Shown: positions 1-13,654, counted from the first letter of the whole stretch. The stretch is 60,339 bases of DNA, filler included, from Sphacelaria rigidula (GCA_964200075.2; 9 parts of 9 records of this genome joined end to end with filler, not necessarily neighbours in it); one strand, 5' to 3'. The notes: a model not told the origin generated them from the sequence alone. Numbers and translations: made by a program.

Positions 1-708
1 GAGCATGAGTTTCGAACGACGACGAGTTGGGTGTCGAAACAGATTTTTATGTTCGTGTCGGCAACGCACATACCAAAGGTTCAGGGCAATCGAGCAAGAC
101 CTCGGTCATGCTGGTTTTTCGTTTTGATCTGTCCCCCGACTGCCGCCATCAAACCAAATCATATCGGACGTGACGGCATAGCTTGAAATGATGAAAAAGC
201 ATGCCCGGGAGAGTGATCAGACTGCGCGACACACTCCGCGGCGGTTGCACGGTAGCAGGGAATCTGGTGGGACAGCCTGTATTATCCTCCGCCAATGTCA
301 ATTTCACTTCCGGCTATTTTTCGCCCAAATCTCTCACAAAACTCCCATTTTTGAGCTAAAGGTGAGTTGGGCCTGCTTGTGGTGACCACCGCAGTGGCAT
401 CAAGGCATATCTGTACCAACTGTTCCTGTGTTTGTAGCAGATTTGTAGCATTTTCTGAAAAACAATCTGGTCGCACACTGCAATTCATGCGTAAAAATAT
501 CAAGCACAGCAGCAACGAAGGGGATGGTCGGACCCATGTAAACAACGTACGTGAAGGAAAACATGGTTCTGGTGAAGAGGTGTGTATACCCTTTTCTCCG
601 CCATTTTGCGGCCTTTATCAGCACATGTTGATGCGTTTCGCGAGACAGTCTCTTCATATCTTGGGGGGGAAGTTCTGCTCATTTGTTGATTTCCCGAGGA
701 AGGAAGAA

Positions 709-748
<40 letters not shown>
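709..748. repeat. 40-nt poly(G) homopolymer, probably intronic or intergenic
   Basis: Direct run of G from 709 to 748. It produces the spurious poly-Gly ORFs in the track. Confidence 0.95.
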
Positions 749-749
<1 letters not shown>

Positions 750-936
750 GGTTGCGGCGGGCGGGCGGGGGGAGGAAAAGCAAGGATGGGGGGGTTGTTA
801 GTTTTTTGGGTTTGGTTTTTTGTCTAGTGTACGGTTATAGTAGCTTGTGTGCGTGTGTCTTTAGATCGCACACGTCTACCTCATTCCCCCTTGTAGTCTT
901 GTAATGTTGTCTCCCCTTGTCTCGCGCCGATTCCAG

Positions 937-3900
937 GAACCTCGCGCCCCCATCTTCGAGGTGCACGGAATAGTGCACGTGGATGCCTGTCGAATCTCTC
1001 CCCACCATGTCGACGGCTGGAAGGTGATGTTTATACCTGGGCGCACTTTTTCGTACCGACTGCTAGTCTACTGTACAGGTCGCTGTAGCGTGCGACGATT
1101 GCCTGTCCCGTATGGACCGCTTAGGAGACCGTGTGCTCACTGCTGTTGCCAGTTGCGATCTCCTGTGGAACAATGTGTATACGTATGGATGCCCTCTCCT
1201 TTTCCCTCTCAAAGCGCTACTCCTCGACGAGAATATCAGTACTCACATGTTTATTTATAGCTGCTGCTAGTGGTAGGGGCGGTGGCGATGAAGTCGATGC
1301 TGATGTTGGTGCAGCACTGCTTGGTACCCTGGCCCGGGGGGTTGAGTGGTTGAGCTCATGTCTTGCCCTCACGGAGCCTTGTTCCTGGCAAAGCGCTGTG
1401 CACGACTGTACGGTACATCATGATTTCCCAAGAAGTATTTCATGCGTCACTCGTGGCTTGGCGTCGCCCACAGAACGCTCGATGTTGTGCTTGCTACACT
1501 CTCCCTCCTTGTTTTCCCCCCGTCGTTGCTCGCTGATGCTTACTCGCGGTTTTTGCATGAAATCTCAGGAGGACAGGCAAGGGCTGGTACGCTTGAGCGA
1601 TTCGGGCATGAAGGTTGTGGATGCTGGCCACTTTGGTTACACCGACACAAAGGTTCTGCTAGAGGGAGAGTTGCCTCCGTACGACACCACCGAGTCTACG
1701 GCTGAAAATGATTCCGACTCTGCCGAGTCCGCCGGGAGCAATGGTGCTCTTCCTGTCGAGCACGACGCCGATCGGGTAGACTTTACCGCCGCCACCGACG
1801 CGAGGCCCTCCGGATTATCTACCGCCGACTTGTCGCCCGATGCCCGCGGCACTCCATCCTCACTCGCAGACGCAGCCGTTACCTCCTACACTGCAGACAT
1901 GCCATCAGCCCACACGCCGTCGCTGTCTGAGGCAGGAGACGATGTAGACGCTTCCACCAACAACTATGGGGTTGTCGAGAACAACGACGGTGCTTCTTCT
2001 GTTGACATGTCCCTACCACTGCCCCCGCCTACGGGAGAAGAAGATGGCGATGCTTCTGTGGACATTTCCGGGGACGAGCCCTTCTCTGAGGATGACACAA
2101 ATTCGCTGCAAACCTCGTCGCCGGAACTGCCGTCGTCTCCACAGCTGCCCCAAGAAGTGAAGGAAGCCGACATGTCGACTGGCCGCTCCGAGGATGGCGA
2201 GGCTTCGACCACACCCACTGCTGTGCCTGCCGCCGCTGTCACCCACTCTGTGCAGCCTGACACCGGAAGCCTGAAGCTGGTTCAATCCGATGATGATTCC
2301 GAGCGTACAGTCACTGATGGACCTGCCGCGGACGACGTTTCCTCGGCCGATTCGGTAGAGCTTGACTGGAATGACATGACCACCCAACTCGAATACATAG
2401 CGAAGTATTCGGCGTCACTTGTCCAGCAAGCCTCCGAGAGAAGCAGGGAGAAGATGCCAGTACCCTCGAGCCCCCAAGAATACGGCGCCGACAGCGATTC
2501 GAGGGAATCGTCACCCCTGCCCCCCTCAAGCTCACTGCCGCCGCCGCCGATCAAGACCGACGTGGCCTCGTTGAAAGTAGGCCAGTCTATCAAGCTGCCC
2601 GAGAGGCTTGTGTCCCCAGAGGGAGGAGCAGCTATCAGTTTGGGCCCTGATGGATCCGTAATGTCATCGAGGACATGTCAGGCTTCTGTAACCCCCCCCG
2701 CAGAGTCGGCCCGTGAGGGAGAGAATCACATCGACGGCCTTGGGCACGAGGGTGCAAGAGCCGACAAGAGCGAGTTTTTGGTCCGGTCCAAGTGGCGGAA
2801 GGTGTCCGCAGTATTGGAGAAGAGGGAATACGCTTCAGATATGGCAGAGACTTCGATGGAGCGTACCGACCAGGTGTCGGCGGGGCACACGGCCAAGCCC
2901 GGAGTCGGTGACGTTCGCGGTGTTGGGGTTGGAAGAAGCGGGAACAGTTGGTGGAATTGGATGGGAAAGGGGAAGCCCGGTTCAAAGGGTGAGAACGGAG
3001 TCCACCGCAGGAGAAAGCGAAGCTTCTGGGGTGCTCGCGATGCGCAGCGCCGGGAAGTGCGGGGTCCGAATGCAGCGGAGAATGAAGATGTGGTGATGGG
3101 TATCACAGACAAGGCTGTACTTGTGAGTGGAAAGCGGGGCTTCTTTTGTATGAGACCATCATCGATCTGGCGTTCCGTCCATGCCCAAAGTGTGTTGTAC
3201 CTACCGTTCGACGTTTTCCTATCGCCAACTCACTGATAGCTGTTGGTCGCCGCCTTCTTGTGTGGCATAGTCGCAGGAGTTCGCGGTTGGGGTTGCGTGT
3301 CCTCAAAACGTTTCATCAAGTACCTTGGAGGCAGCATCCTAGTCAAACATATGTTCCAGGGTTTGTGCCTTTTCCCCTGTGGTGAGGTGCGAACAAAATG
3401 GCCGGTGTCACACAGCTACGTACCCGCCACACGGCCACTGCCACACCGCAGCCGGAAAATACTGCCTCTGAGTGGATACAGTTGGAGAGGATTAGATGTG
3501 GAGAACGATACCGACAGTTCAGCGTGAGAACGAATTCTGGTATTTGTGGCACCTGCCGGACTGTAAGATGATGGCGTAGTTGGCGGAGTACGTACACGCC
3601 TGGAAATCAGTTCTGTGGGTATGACTTCCTCCAACACTGCGTGCGGCGGCCACGAGGCTGAGATGTGCGCGGTGGGAAATCTATCACCGAACCCTCTTCG
3701 ATCAAGGGATGACTTTGTTGCGCAGGTGGCTTCTCGGAAATGGCGAGGTTTAGAATTTCTCTTGGCGAGCTGTAGGGCACGCAAGGATTGTTCGTCTCAC
3801 TGTCATCACGCCCTTAGTATTATATATTACCAGCGGCGGCTTCGCCGATTGAATCGATTTACACCTTCCTGACAACTCATTTTCACGTTCTTCACGCTTA

Positions 3901-4107
3901 CTGTCTCTGCAGGAGGTGAAGATGGACGGTGCCCGGGTACTGGCGAAAGCTGGTCCTAGCAGTCTGGAACTTGTGAACAAGTTCCGCTGTTTGATGCGTA
4001 AGCGGTGCGACGGCTACGTGGCATTCGCAGAAGAAGACGGGGGTGTCGCGGTGCGCAGGGAGGACGGTGGGCTTGTGTACAGAATCAAGGGTCCGGACGC
4101 CTTTTGA
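937..4107 (+). CDS. Multi-exon gene for an uncharacterised protein with two hydrophobic segments flanking a long acidic, Ser/Pro-rich disordered region; 5' end unresolved
   Basis: Phase-consistent GT-AG exons: 937-1023 (EPRAPIFEV...GWK), 1261-1323 (LLLVVGAVAMKSMLMLVQHCL), 1569-3122 (518 codons, ends at GTGAGT donor), 3240-3360 (LLVAAFLCGIVAG...), and terminal exon 3913-4107 (after CTGCAG; EVKMDG...PDAF*). The link between 3360 and 3913 is uncertain. No family recognised. Confidence 0.65.
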
Positions 4108-6186
4108 AGTACTGTGCGTACTCATAGCACTGTGTAACGGTCAGACTGCCGATGCCCTCCGCAGGTCAACTGGTAACGCCTCTTTTGTTTCTCACGTCCT
4201 GTTGTATTTCATTCGAGTATACCCTTCCCCGCTCTGTTTTCGAGCTAGCCTGTCGGCGCTTCTAGCCTGTGGCTGTGGCGATGTACGGTACAGTCTTTGC
4301 CTTTTGGACTGGAGCAGCAGCAATTTGCGGGGTACGAGCTGCCTGACATACCCTAGGTGGTGGATACTAGCATTCGTGATCTTTGATTCTTTATACACAG
4401 AGCCACATAGTGGCACACGTGCTCTTGCACGTTTACCTGTAGTCCAGCACAACGATCTGGCTAAGAGAGTAGCAGGGGCAGAAACGTAGACAGCACACAG
4501 CTGGTCTGTCTCCATACGTATAAGTTTGGGGCCAAGCTAGGGCTGTTGTAGTTCCGCAGCTCACAGGATGATGAATCTGAGGCCGGGGGCGGCATTGCGC
4601 TGCGCTCTTGTTCTTGGCTGCTGATGTTCCGTGCGGCTTGTAAAGAGATAAGCCTACCCCCAGTTTGTCGCCAAGAAGTCGTGGGGAATAGTTGCCCCCG
4701 TGTAAGCCGTGAGACGAGCGTCTTCACCGTCGACGGCCACACACTCAGTTGGTTGCACGTTGAGCTTTGTTTGCAAGGCTATAGTGCTTGGAAGATAACG
4801 CTACTGTTTACATCGTGTACAACAGGTAGTCGTGTAGTATGTGCGCGGCTCCAGATTGCTGTACCTTCTTCAAAAAGGTTTCGAACAAGTGACGCCGTTG
4901 GTCTGATATTTTGCCAAGATGAATATTTTGCTCGAGTCTCCTTTTCGTGTGAGAGTGTGTTTCGGTCTTGATGGTTTGTCTAGTGCGTTGAGATGTGCAT
5001 TTGCCGTGAGATTTTGGTTTGACCCTCCACTGTTTTTTCTGTGTTCTCCTGGAGAACGTCGACATGTGTTTATCGGTAGATTTGGGTCTACTAGCGTTAG
5101 CCCTGGAGTCGGGATTAGTCACTAGGGTGTATGAGTTAGTCAGGATGCTGCCTGGAACTTTGTTAATTCTTGAGCACGCCAGGTGTCCCGACATTGAAAT
5201 GCCATCATGTTATCCTCCCAGGGTTGTTGAGGTGTTGTTTTCTCTTGCCAGCCGTGACCAACAAGTTAGTCGCGGTGAAAGGTTTCATGTCTTCGCCTCC
5301 CGGAGGTGATTGCGGGATATGTTCATTCAAAGCGCGCAAGAGCCCGTGTAAGAAACCACAGTAGGAAAGCCTAGCCTAACACCCCGACCCTGTACATGTG
5401 CTTCTCTCTGGGGTTGTTACTGTACTCCTCCTGCTTTGTTGGCAATGGCAAACCAATCAGCTGTGTGTGTTGACTTGTTATATTCACGTCAGAAAACAGG
5501 GGCAATTTCGGGATATTTTCAGTCGCAAGCACGGCTCATCACCACGACTAGAAAGCATGACAAAACGCACTCGCGTGGCTTGGTGAGAAGAACGGCCAGA
5601 GATCGCCATACATGAACATACAGACATATACTCATCATCCAACTGTTGAGATAAAGAGTCGTGTTGTACCGCCTGAAAAACGACAGATCGGAGGCCAAAG
5701 CACCAAGTTGACCGTGGGCGGTACTAGGCAATTTTGGTGGGGGGCGGGAGGGGAGGCCAAAAGGTCAAGGAAGCGAGGTTGACGTTGCTTTGACCCTTTT
5801 TCATCTTGAAACGAAAGTATGCCCACGAGCTGTGTGCCAGCCTAAATAATTCGTGAGCTGTCACACACATATCTCATTGACGCAGACGTATTGGGCAGTG
5901 ATGCGCACATCCTGTTAAAAGTCGTCCGACCAAGGGGCAGATACCCATCCGCTCAACCTCCCGGTCAGAGATGCTTTCTCGTTGATTAAACGCCACGTCG
6001 AGTAAATCCCGTGACAGCCGGAGATATCCCGATGCTTGTCTACCCGAAGCCGCTCCAGAATATAGTCACCGGATGCCGCTGACTTTTGGTTTGGACATTC
6101 CTTGGGGTACAGGGGGAAGCGATCGATACCCTCACCTTCACCGAACTCGTGAAAGTCTATGGAGGAATAACGACGTTTCGATTATT

Positions 6187-6570
6187 CCATCGCCCCCGTG
6201 GGTCAGTTGGTAACCTCCGAACCTTCTGACGGTTGGGTCGTGCATAGGTTCGAATCTCGGTGGGAGTCACACGATCTGGGATTCTTCTCACACCATGCCC
6301 ACCGGTGGAAAGTGAATATCTTGTGGGTACACAAAATTGGACCTCACGGTCGACGAGGGAAAGGGACTGCTGAACCCCTCTCGCGATGAAAGCATGGGGC
6401 AAAGCACCGCCGAAGGAAGGGCGAGAGCTCAAATACAAATAAAAAGTAAGAAAAACTCCCGTGTTGGCCTTCCTTCTGCGTGATCTGGGCTGATGCACTC
6501 ACATGTACCGAAAGGTGTAGACTGGCGTCCAGAATAGATGGGATGACAACATACAACACACATACACACG
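6187..6570 (+). mobile_element. tRNA-derived SINE (family S1), CA-rich tail
   Basis: Head has A-box-like TGGGTCAGTTGG and B-box GGTTCGAATC. It aligns over its full length with the reverse complement of 17709-18074 and ends in ACATACAACACACATACAC. Confidence 0.8.
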
Positions 6571-6616
6571 AGCGGGGCCAGTCGTGAAACGTGGAAACCC
6601 TCAGAACGCAACACCT

Positions 6617-6716
6617 NNNNNNNNNNNNNNNNNNNNNNNNNNNNNNNNNNNNNNNNNNNNTTAATTAATTAANNNNNNNNNNNNNNNNNNNNNNNNNNNN
6701 NNNNNNNNNNNNNNNN
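6617..6716. other. Artificial contig linker N44-TTAATTAATTAA-N44 (first of eight; others at 13333-13432, 20049-20148, 26765-26864, 33480-33579, 40195-40294, 46910-47009, 53625-53724)
   Basis: Identical 100-bp spacers containing six-frame stops, separating pieces of exactly 6616 or 6615 bp. Confidence 0.98.
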
Positions 6717-7514
6717 GGCCCAATTCGACGACTGTTGAGCTGAAATTTCAGGAAGACCTTCTGCACCCAAGGAACTGATACTTCACGTGTCCAGCTCCAG
6801 ATTCTCATTTTTTCCCTAGACTTCTGACATTATCTTGTTTTTGCTCAAAATTTCGACTGTCTATAGCGTTTTTTATTTTTTTCTTCGCTGGTCACGTGAT
6901 CTTCCGCATTTCGATCATAAAAAATCTGCTGTCAAAATTTCAGAATCCAACTCTTAACATCGCGCCGTGCGTCGCCTGAGTGAAATTCACACCTACTCTT
7001 GGCTGGCCCAGCTCCTATCTGGTTTCTCTTTGTTGCTTCCCGCTCCCGTTCGGACTACCCACTCATCGCAGAGAGCAGTTTTTTGGTTTCCAGGGGTATG
7101 GATTTCGGCGAAGTTCCAGACTACTCGTCGGTAGGCTCGCGTGTTGCGGAGAAAACTGCGTTAGCGAAACGCGAATCGTCTCTTGGTCCTCGCATTTCGC
7201 GAGCCACGGCTGCCCTCCTTGGCGAGGTACCGGTCGGATTCAGAGATGTCTGGAGCAGGCAAGTGGTGGCCCAAAATCCGAAAGATGCGAGTGATACCAT
7301 GAAGTACTGTAAGTTCACACATCTGAGGACCAATTTTAGCAGGGGGGTAGACATGGTAAGTCGACACTTTGCCCTCGACTCTTGGTGCTTCAGTAGACAC
7401 TGCAGCTCGTGTTCCGAATTCCACAAATATGGCGCGCTGTCGAGAGCACATAATCAATACACTTCACCGGGTAGTTTGGGAGATTTGCCGGTGTTACATG
7501 GTCATCACGAAAAA

Positions 7515-7953
7515 CAGCCGACCATTGAAATCGAGGATAGGGCTTTTCATTGACGATGAGAGCCCGGAGGATTAAATTTTCGTATCCACACCAAATGTTC
7601 GAAATACATTTCCATTCCTTCACCTACTGGTAGCTATTGACAAGTACTACACGCCCTACAAATTTTGGATTTCGAAAACTAAAAGTTGGGGTCGTGGATG
7701 AAGAAACAATGTTTGGGAATTTGGGTGATCCGATCGGATCGCCGAAATCCCCCGAAATTGGTTTTTCACCTAGGACCCCAACGTTTCGGTTATCGAAATC
7801 CAATTTTTTATGGCATGTAGTACTTGTCAATAGCTACCAGTAGGTGAAGGAATGGAACCATGTTTCGGAAATTTGGCGTGAATACGAAGATTTTTATCCT
7901 CCGGGTTCTTATCCTCGATGAAAAGCACCGTCCTCAATTTCGATGATCGGCTG
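7515..7953. mobile_element. Fully palindromic MITE (family M1, CAGCCGA...TCGGCTG), ~440 bp
   Basis: The two halves are reverse complements around GATCCGATCGGATC (~7734), giving mirror ORFs 7624-7830(-) and 7637-7843(+). A second copy lies at 48892-49332. Confidence 0.9.
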
Positions 7954-9629
7954 TTTAAAGGCATTGCAACCGCAACTAGCTTCCACAGAGTTTCATAATG
8001 GCTGCGCGGAGCATTTAGGTATCTCGAGCATGCCTGAAATTTCCACAATAATTCCACTTCTACGAGGTAGTAACCCTGGTATAATGGGAACACTGATCAA
8101 GCTTTAATCAGCAGTATTTATCAAGTTTACACCGTGCGGGGGTGTCATGGGTCTGCCATGTATCTCGTACACAAGTGTGAGTGTAGATCTCAGGATTCAA
8201 GCGGCCACCAATCTTGTAGAATTTGTGGTTCACACGAAAACAGAGGGAAGTATAGTTAAGTTGTTCAGTACACGACATTCTGACGTTTCTATGCACCGGC
8301 ATATTTTCCCGCAAACTCTCCACCGTACCTTCACCAATACCTCCTCCACGAGACTGTGATTTGAACCCTAGTATTCCCCGCTGCTCGCTTATTGAATCTA
8401 CCGTATACTCATCCTGTGAGTGGTGATGAGGGAGAGGTAGTGAGCGGTGATAGCACAATAATGGCAGTGGTTTTGCTCACTGGTGAATATGGACAACCGT
8501 GTGGCTGGTGTCTTCTTGAATCATAGATATGAGAGACGCATGGCTGGAGCAATGCGGCAAGTCGGGATTGCAAGAAGTCGGTCGTTGTGTGGTCTCTCGT
8601 GTAGCTAGCGTGACAGTGCTGAGGCTGAAGTCCGTAACAAGCAGTTTCGACTCATCTGAGGTACCATGTCAGTCAAGTCCTCTGTTTTCAAAGACGCCCG
8701 CGCTGTCGTCACAAAGCGCCCTATGCTCCTTTTAACGAAGCCGTGATCTACAGTGAGATGTGTCGCTTTCAAACTGCAAATCTTATATTCAACCCCATTT
8801 GCCGCACATCGTCGGCAACCTCAGCCACGAGACCCAGTTTCAAAACCAGATGGCGCCTATTGCTCTGCCTGTTACCTTTGAAGACAGTGTTTCGATGAAA
8901 ATATGTTGGGTACTGTAACTGCGGTCCAGCAACCAACAAGTCATTTTTCCAAAGAACGACTGTGCCCGTCGGACCTCCTTCGCCCGTCGGCCTTCCTTCG
9001 CTTCAAACGTTGGGAACCTTTTTCCCAGGCAAGGATCGTGCCTGTTTGCATCGTGGGAAGCTTCACATGTCGAGAATACCGCACAAGGGGATCATTTTTC
9101 TGGGGGCACGGCGGGTACCGCGGATATAGCTAGGGAGGGGGAGTGTGTGAGAGCAGTGCGGGAGGCCTTTGATCGGAGGGCGGTCATGAGAACCGCCTCC
9201 CGAGCGGAATGCTTCCGGAGAGGCAGGTCAGAGACTCTGCTGTTTCCTTCAACTTTGCCTTTGAAGCCAACCCTGGAGTGTTCTACGAGCGTATGTGATG
9301 CAGCAAGAGAACAGGGATTTCCCAAGAGACTGCAGCAAAGCGCCATTCACGGTTGGTCATCAACCAGTAAACCAACCGATATAGATCAAACACGGTATTA
9401 CGCCGAAGCTACCGTCCATCACCTTCGGACCAAGTATTTTTTTTGCGTTTTTGCTATGGCAGGCCTTCGCATTTCCCCTTCTATCGAATTTTTTCGAGCG
9501 AGTGTTTGCGCTTCGCTGACCTTGGACTGATGCCGCGATAGCCCTCTCCCAAGAAACGGCAGAAAGCGGCTGGTTCGAGGGGGCAGCATTTGTTTTTCGC
9601 ATTTTGAACTCCTCCTCTTCCTCGGGATG

Positions 9630-9886
9630 AGCCCGTGGTCCCAAGGGATCGACCCATCTCTCCCCCGGTACGCGCCTTACACTTTGGTCCCGCGGATTGG
9701 GTCAGCCCTCCCGCACTGCGTCGACTCACGTCACACAAACCCAGTCGACTACATTGTTTACTCACGTTTTCACGCTTTCCACGGTGAAAATGATGCATTC
9801 CGAAGAAAAAACCCAACGCATCGGGAATCGAACCTTCGTTCTCTCCGTCCACATGGCGACAGTCGGACCATTACACCACAGGGCCG
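9630..9886 (-). mobile_element. Degenerate tRNA-derived SINE (family S2)
   Basis: Minus strand reads GGCCCTGTGGTGTAATGG...GGTTCGATTCCCG (A and B boxes). The body (CGTGAG...TGACGTGAGTCGACGCAGTGCGGGAG) recurs at ~50635-50750(+). Confidence 0.6.
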
Positions 9887-12800
9887 TGGCGGTATTCAAC
9901 GTGTATATTCGAAATCAAAATGACAGAGGCTGAGCACACCGAGCAGCAGGAAACTCGCATATTTATGATCGTTCTCGCCTGTGTCACCGATGTGAAGCTC
10001 TCCATGCTGTCTAAACCCAGCGATTATGCGCTATAGAACCATTTTCTTCGTTGCAGTTCTGGAGCTGGCTTGGGGGGGGGGGGAATTTCGCGGCATCGCT
10101 CCTTGGCCGCGTCTAGGTTGCGAAAACGACTGGATCCCTCGAGGATCCGTTATCGTGCTACAGTCAATCAATCAATCAACCAATCAAGCAAGCAAGCAAC
10201 CAATCAATTAATCCTCAGGTGTCCTCCGGAGGCACACTCTCTCGAGGTGGGCTACCACACGCGGGACAAGACGAGTGGAACACGAGAAGTTCAGTCCCGG
10301 CTTCGCGATCAGGCGACTACCGTGGTCGAAGGCGACGGCGACGGCGTGCCACTGTCGTCGTCCCAGCTGCAGTGGTCTTGCCCGGTGGACAAAGTCGAAC
10401 CCTTCGCCGTTACCCTGTATAACGATTGTCGGAGGCGAGTTGTTCAGCGATAGGGGAAGAGGGTAATAGACAGAATTCACATTTTCTTCAGCAGCTTTTG
10501 GGCACTAACGTGGAAATGAGGCTCAGTCGTTCCCGTGGGGTTGCCGAAAATATCACCATAATTGATCACCAGAAGAGTTCCGGACGCGAATACAACGGTA
10601 AGGATAGCCCCAGGTATGTGTGCCTCGACAGTTTTGGGCCAAAACAGGTACAGGGTATACCACAGAACACGACGTCAATTTTGTAGCCATGTGGTGGGCT
10701 GCGATAGTCGGGCACTTGCCAACGACACAAAATGCCGCAGGTATAAGTGTTTTGTTGTCTTGTCCTCCAGTTTTTGTGCCTGGAATTTGACGTTCCGATC
10801 ATTCGGGTGGCAAGGGTTCCCTGCACGTGAGGAGGTCCCTAAAGAGCAAAAAAACAAAACATTTTCCCGCTTCTTCGACTGGGGAGCCACACAAGAACAA
10901 AATGGTCGCACACTTCCTTTCCACACGGTTTGCATGCTCCAGCTCACACGACGACCAAATGTTTGTTCATATTCCCCGACTTTCGAGTGAAGGATGATTC
11001 ATAGTCAAAACTGTTTTCTCGGCGAGCCAAATGTGGCACGCAAGTTGTACCGAATGCATGGTCAAGTAGAAACGGAAGTAAAGAGTGCCGAGGGATGAAA
11101 AAGAGGGCCAGCGAGTGCTGCAGAGTCATGCATACCAGTATCACAGCAGCCGCCCACACCCACCAGCCCCCAGACTGAGGTGAAGTACTGGTCGTTAGTC
11201 AGAGCCGTATCTGTTGCACTAGATCGTGATTAGGATATCTTCCGCAGGTTTTCGCTAGACAGCCGTGTTTTGGGCGATACTGCGCCTGATTGTTTCCCTT
11301 TCTGCACCCGTTGGCACTCATTGCGCCCGCTTCTGTTTGTCCTCGCACTCGATTCGCGGGCTACTATCGCGTGCATGTAAGACAAAGCCGGCATAACGCC
11401 GGGCTAACGTCTGCACAAAAAATAGTTCGACGCCTGGAGATCGAGAAACATGAATGCGCATACCGCGGTTGGAAGTGCTGCACCATGCGTACCGTGTGGG
11501 CAGAGATCGGAAGCTTGCGACATCGTCGTGTTGCCACTGTTTGTGAGAAGGGACTACCCCCTAGACTACCCAGTGAGCGCGGACTGAGAGGACGTACCGA
11601 GTTTCTGTTCGCGGTTCCTTGTTATGTTTCATCCTCTGAGACTCTGAGAGACGTTAGTGGGTTCACGCCTAGCATTGCGTCGGGAGTGGTGGCGCGGGAT
11701 GATGAGCGTCGGAGCCGCGACCGAAGAGCTTGTTAGAGGGAACTACCCACGAGACCGCTCAGTCAACGCTGACTGGGTGGTCCGGTGGATGGTTTCTTCC
11801 AACGAATAACCACTGTAGCAAGAACGAAAATACTTATTTCCCGCTTTTGGGGAATCGCCAAAGACGTGTACAAATTCCCGCCAGGTTAAATAGAACGCCA
11901 ACATTTAGGTAATGGTCTCTGAGAAAAACGACGAGAACTGACTACGCTTTCGACTTTTGCCACCACGAGTAGGTACGCGGCAGCTCCGGCAATCATATAG
12001 CCGAGAATCGATCGGTTTCCTGTTGTGGTACACTTTATTCCTGTTTCGATCCAAACGTGTCTGAGCATACCCGAAATTGTCGTTGAATGTCAAGATAACG
12101 GCGTGTATTGCATACTCCGTGGATATTATTGAAGTTGGTACAGTCACTCCCCTCTCTCTTTTGGGCGACTCAGGCGTTACGGATTGGTTCGCACCGCTGA
12201 GGAACGAGTCGCGGGACTACTTGGATCGGTCTTGGAACATATGAACGGTTCTGCGATTCTTCGACTTTTCGCCAGGATAATAGGGACACCGCCAAATGGG
12301 TTTAGGCTCGGAGGTCAGTAAACCGGCATCCCCATGTACGTGACGACAACAAAAGCATGGAGTCGTGTGACCAGGGGGGCTGGTGATCGGGGGAGAGGAA
12401 GGGGGTGTACTCATGATCTTGCATGCCATAGTCACTAGTACACCCCCTCACACACAGCTGGGGATGGGGGAATGACCAATTCCCGTGTGTACCGGTTTCG
12501 AAACATGCTTCTCCACAGCCACAACATATGCAGTGTTTTCCAACATGACATTTGTATTCTGACTAATGCCGAGCTAGCCCCCCCGCAAAAAGTGCACGGG
12601 AGAACGTCCGACAAACCGGCTGCGATCCCACTGTTGGGCTCGTTTGCAGCAATTTCGCCCACATGAGAGGCGTGTACCAGTCCGAAATCAGCTATAACGC
12701 CAAAATGAGTCGCGTCGTGCAGCACGAAACTAGCTCTAACGTCATTTATGATCATCGCCTCCGTGAACTTTTTTCGCCGTTTCGGGAGGAGGGGGGAAGG

Positions 12801-13654
12801 GCGATCTCGGTAGCAGTCTTCTCACACTGTATTCCACCTTTGTGTTTCAACACTCTAGACGGTGCGTACTGGTATTCGCTACCATCACATGCCTGGTCCT
12901 GTGTTTTGGCCTTGATAATCTTGAGTACGTCTATCTCGCGAACACTTCTGAATCCCTCGGGGATCAGGCAATCCATGTCAATTCATAGATCAATCAATAA
13001 GCCGATCTTCTCTGTGCCTGCGAGTATCCCTCATCTACTCCCGCCGCCCGCGACGACGATGTCTCCACTTCTCGCCATATCTCGCCCGGAATGGAGACAG
13101 TGCGCTGGCCACTGCAGACCCAAGAAGAAGTCAAAGGGCAGGGTTTAGAACCCGAGATGGCGGAACTTGTCACCACCGGGAGGGATTGGTTGATTTCCAG
13201 GTGCGAAAAAATGAGCAAGAGTCATGCTACGTTAGGGTGGGGGAGGGGGGGGGGGGGGGGGGGCGCATATGTTTTTGTTTTTTTGTTGGGTATTGGTCTG
13301 GCGCCCGCCCCCCCTTGCGGAGGGGGGGGGGGNNNNNNNNNNNNNNNNNNNNNNNNNNNNNNNNNNNNNNNNNNNNTTAATTAATTAANNNNNNNNNNNN
13401 NNNNNNNNNNNNNNNNNNNNNNNNNNNNNNNNATTTCAAAATACCGGATTGGGTCGGTATCGGTAGGGTACCAGATGTCCCAAATACCGGTACCGGGTAC
13501 CTACCTTACCTACGGTGCCTGTGCATAAATCCCCGAGAATCAAGTAGCGTGCCGTGCGATGACTTACCAATCACCGTTATCGAGGACAGCCTAGGGTCAT
13601 TGGTATGATTCGCTGCTGTATGAGCGATTTTGAATACCACCGCCCCCCCGATAG

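Noticed and set aside
1131..3236. 701-aa ORF as a single-exon gene
   Set aside because: Both ends read through probable introns (acceptor at 1568, GTGAGT donor at 3123). Only 1569-3122 is the likely exon in this frame.
6187..6260. tRNA genes at 6187, 9818-9886, 18005-18074, 52520-52590 and a B-box at ~55486
   Set aside because: I could not build a convincing cloverleaf or acceptor stem. Most continue into shared repeat bodies, so they are SINE heads.
6661..6672. Regularly spaced TTAATTAATTAA (period ~6715 bp) as a biological repeat or CRISPR-like array
   Set aside because: It is always centred in N-runs and is a six-frame-stop assembly linker.
7624..7843. Pair of near-identical 68-aa ORFs on opposite strands
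   Set aside because: This is a by-product of the palindromic MITE.
10208..10640. Possible exons of a gene on contig 2
   Set aside because: GC-rich and exon-like, but strand and frame are ambiguous and I recognised no motif.
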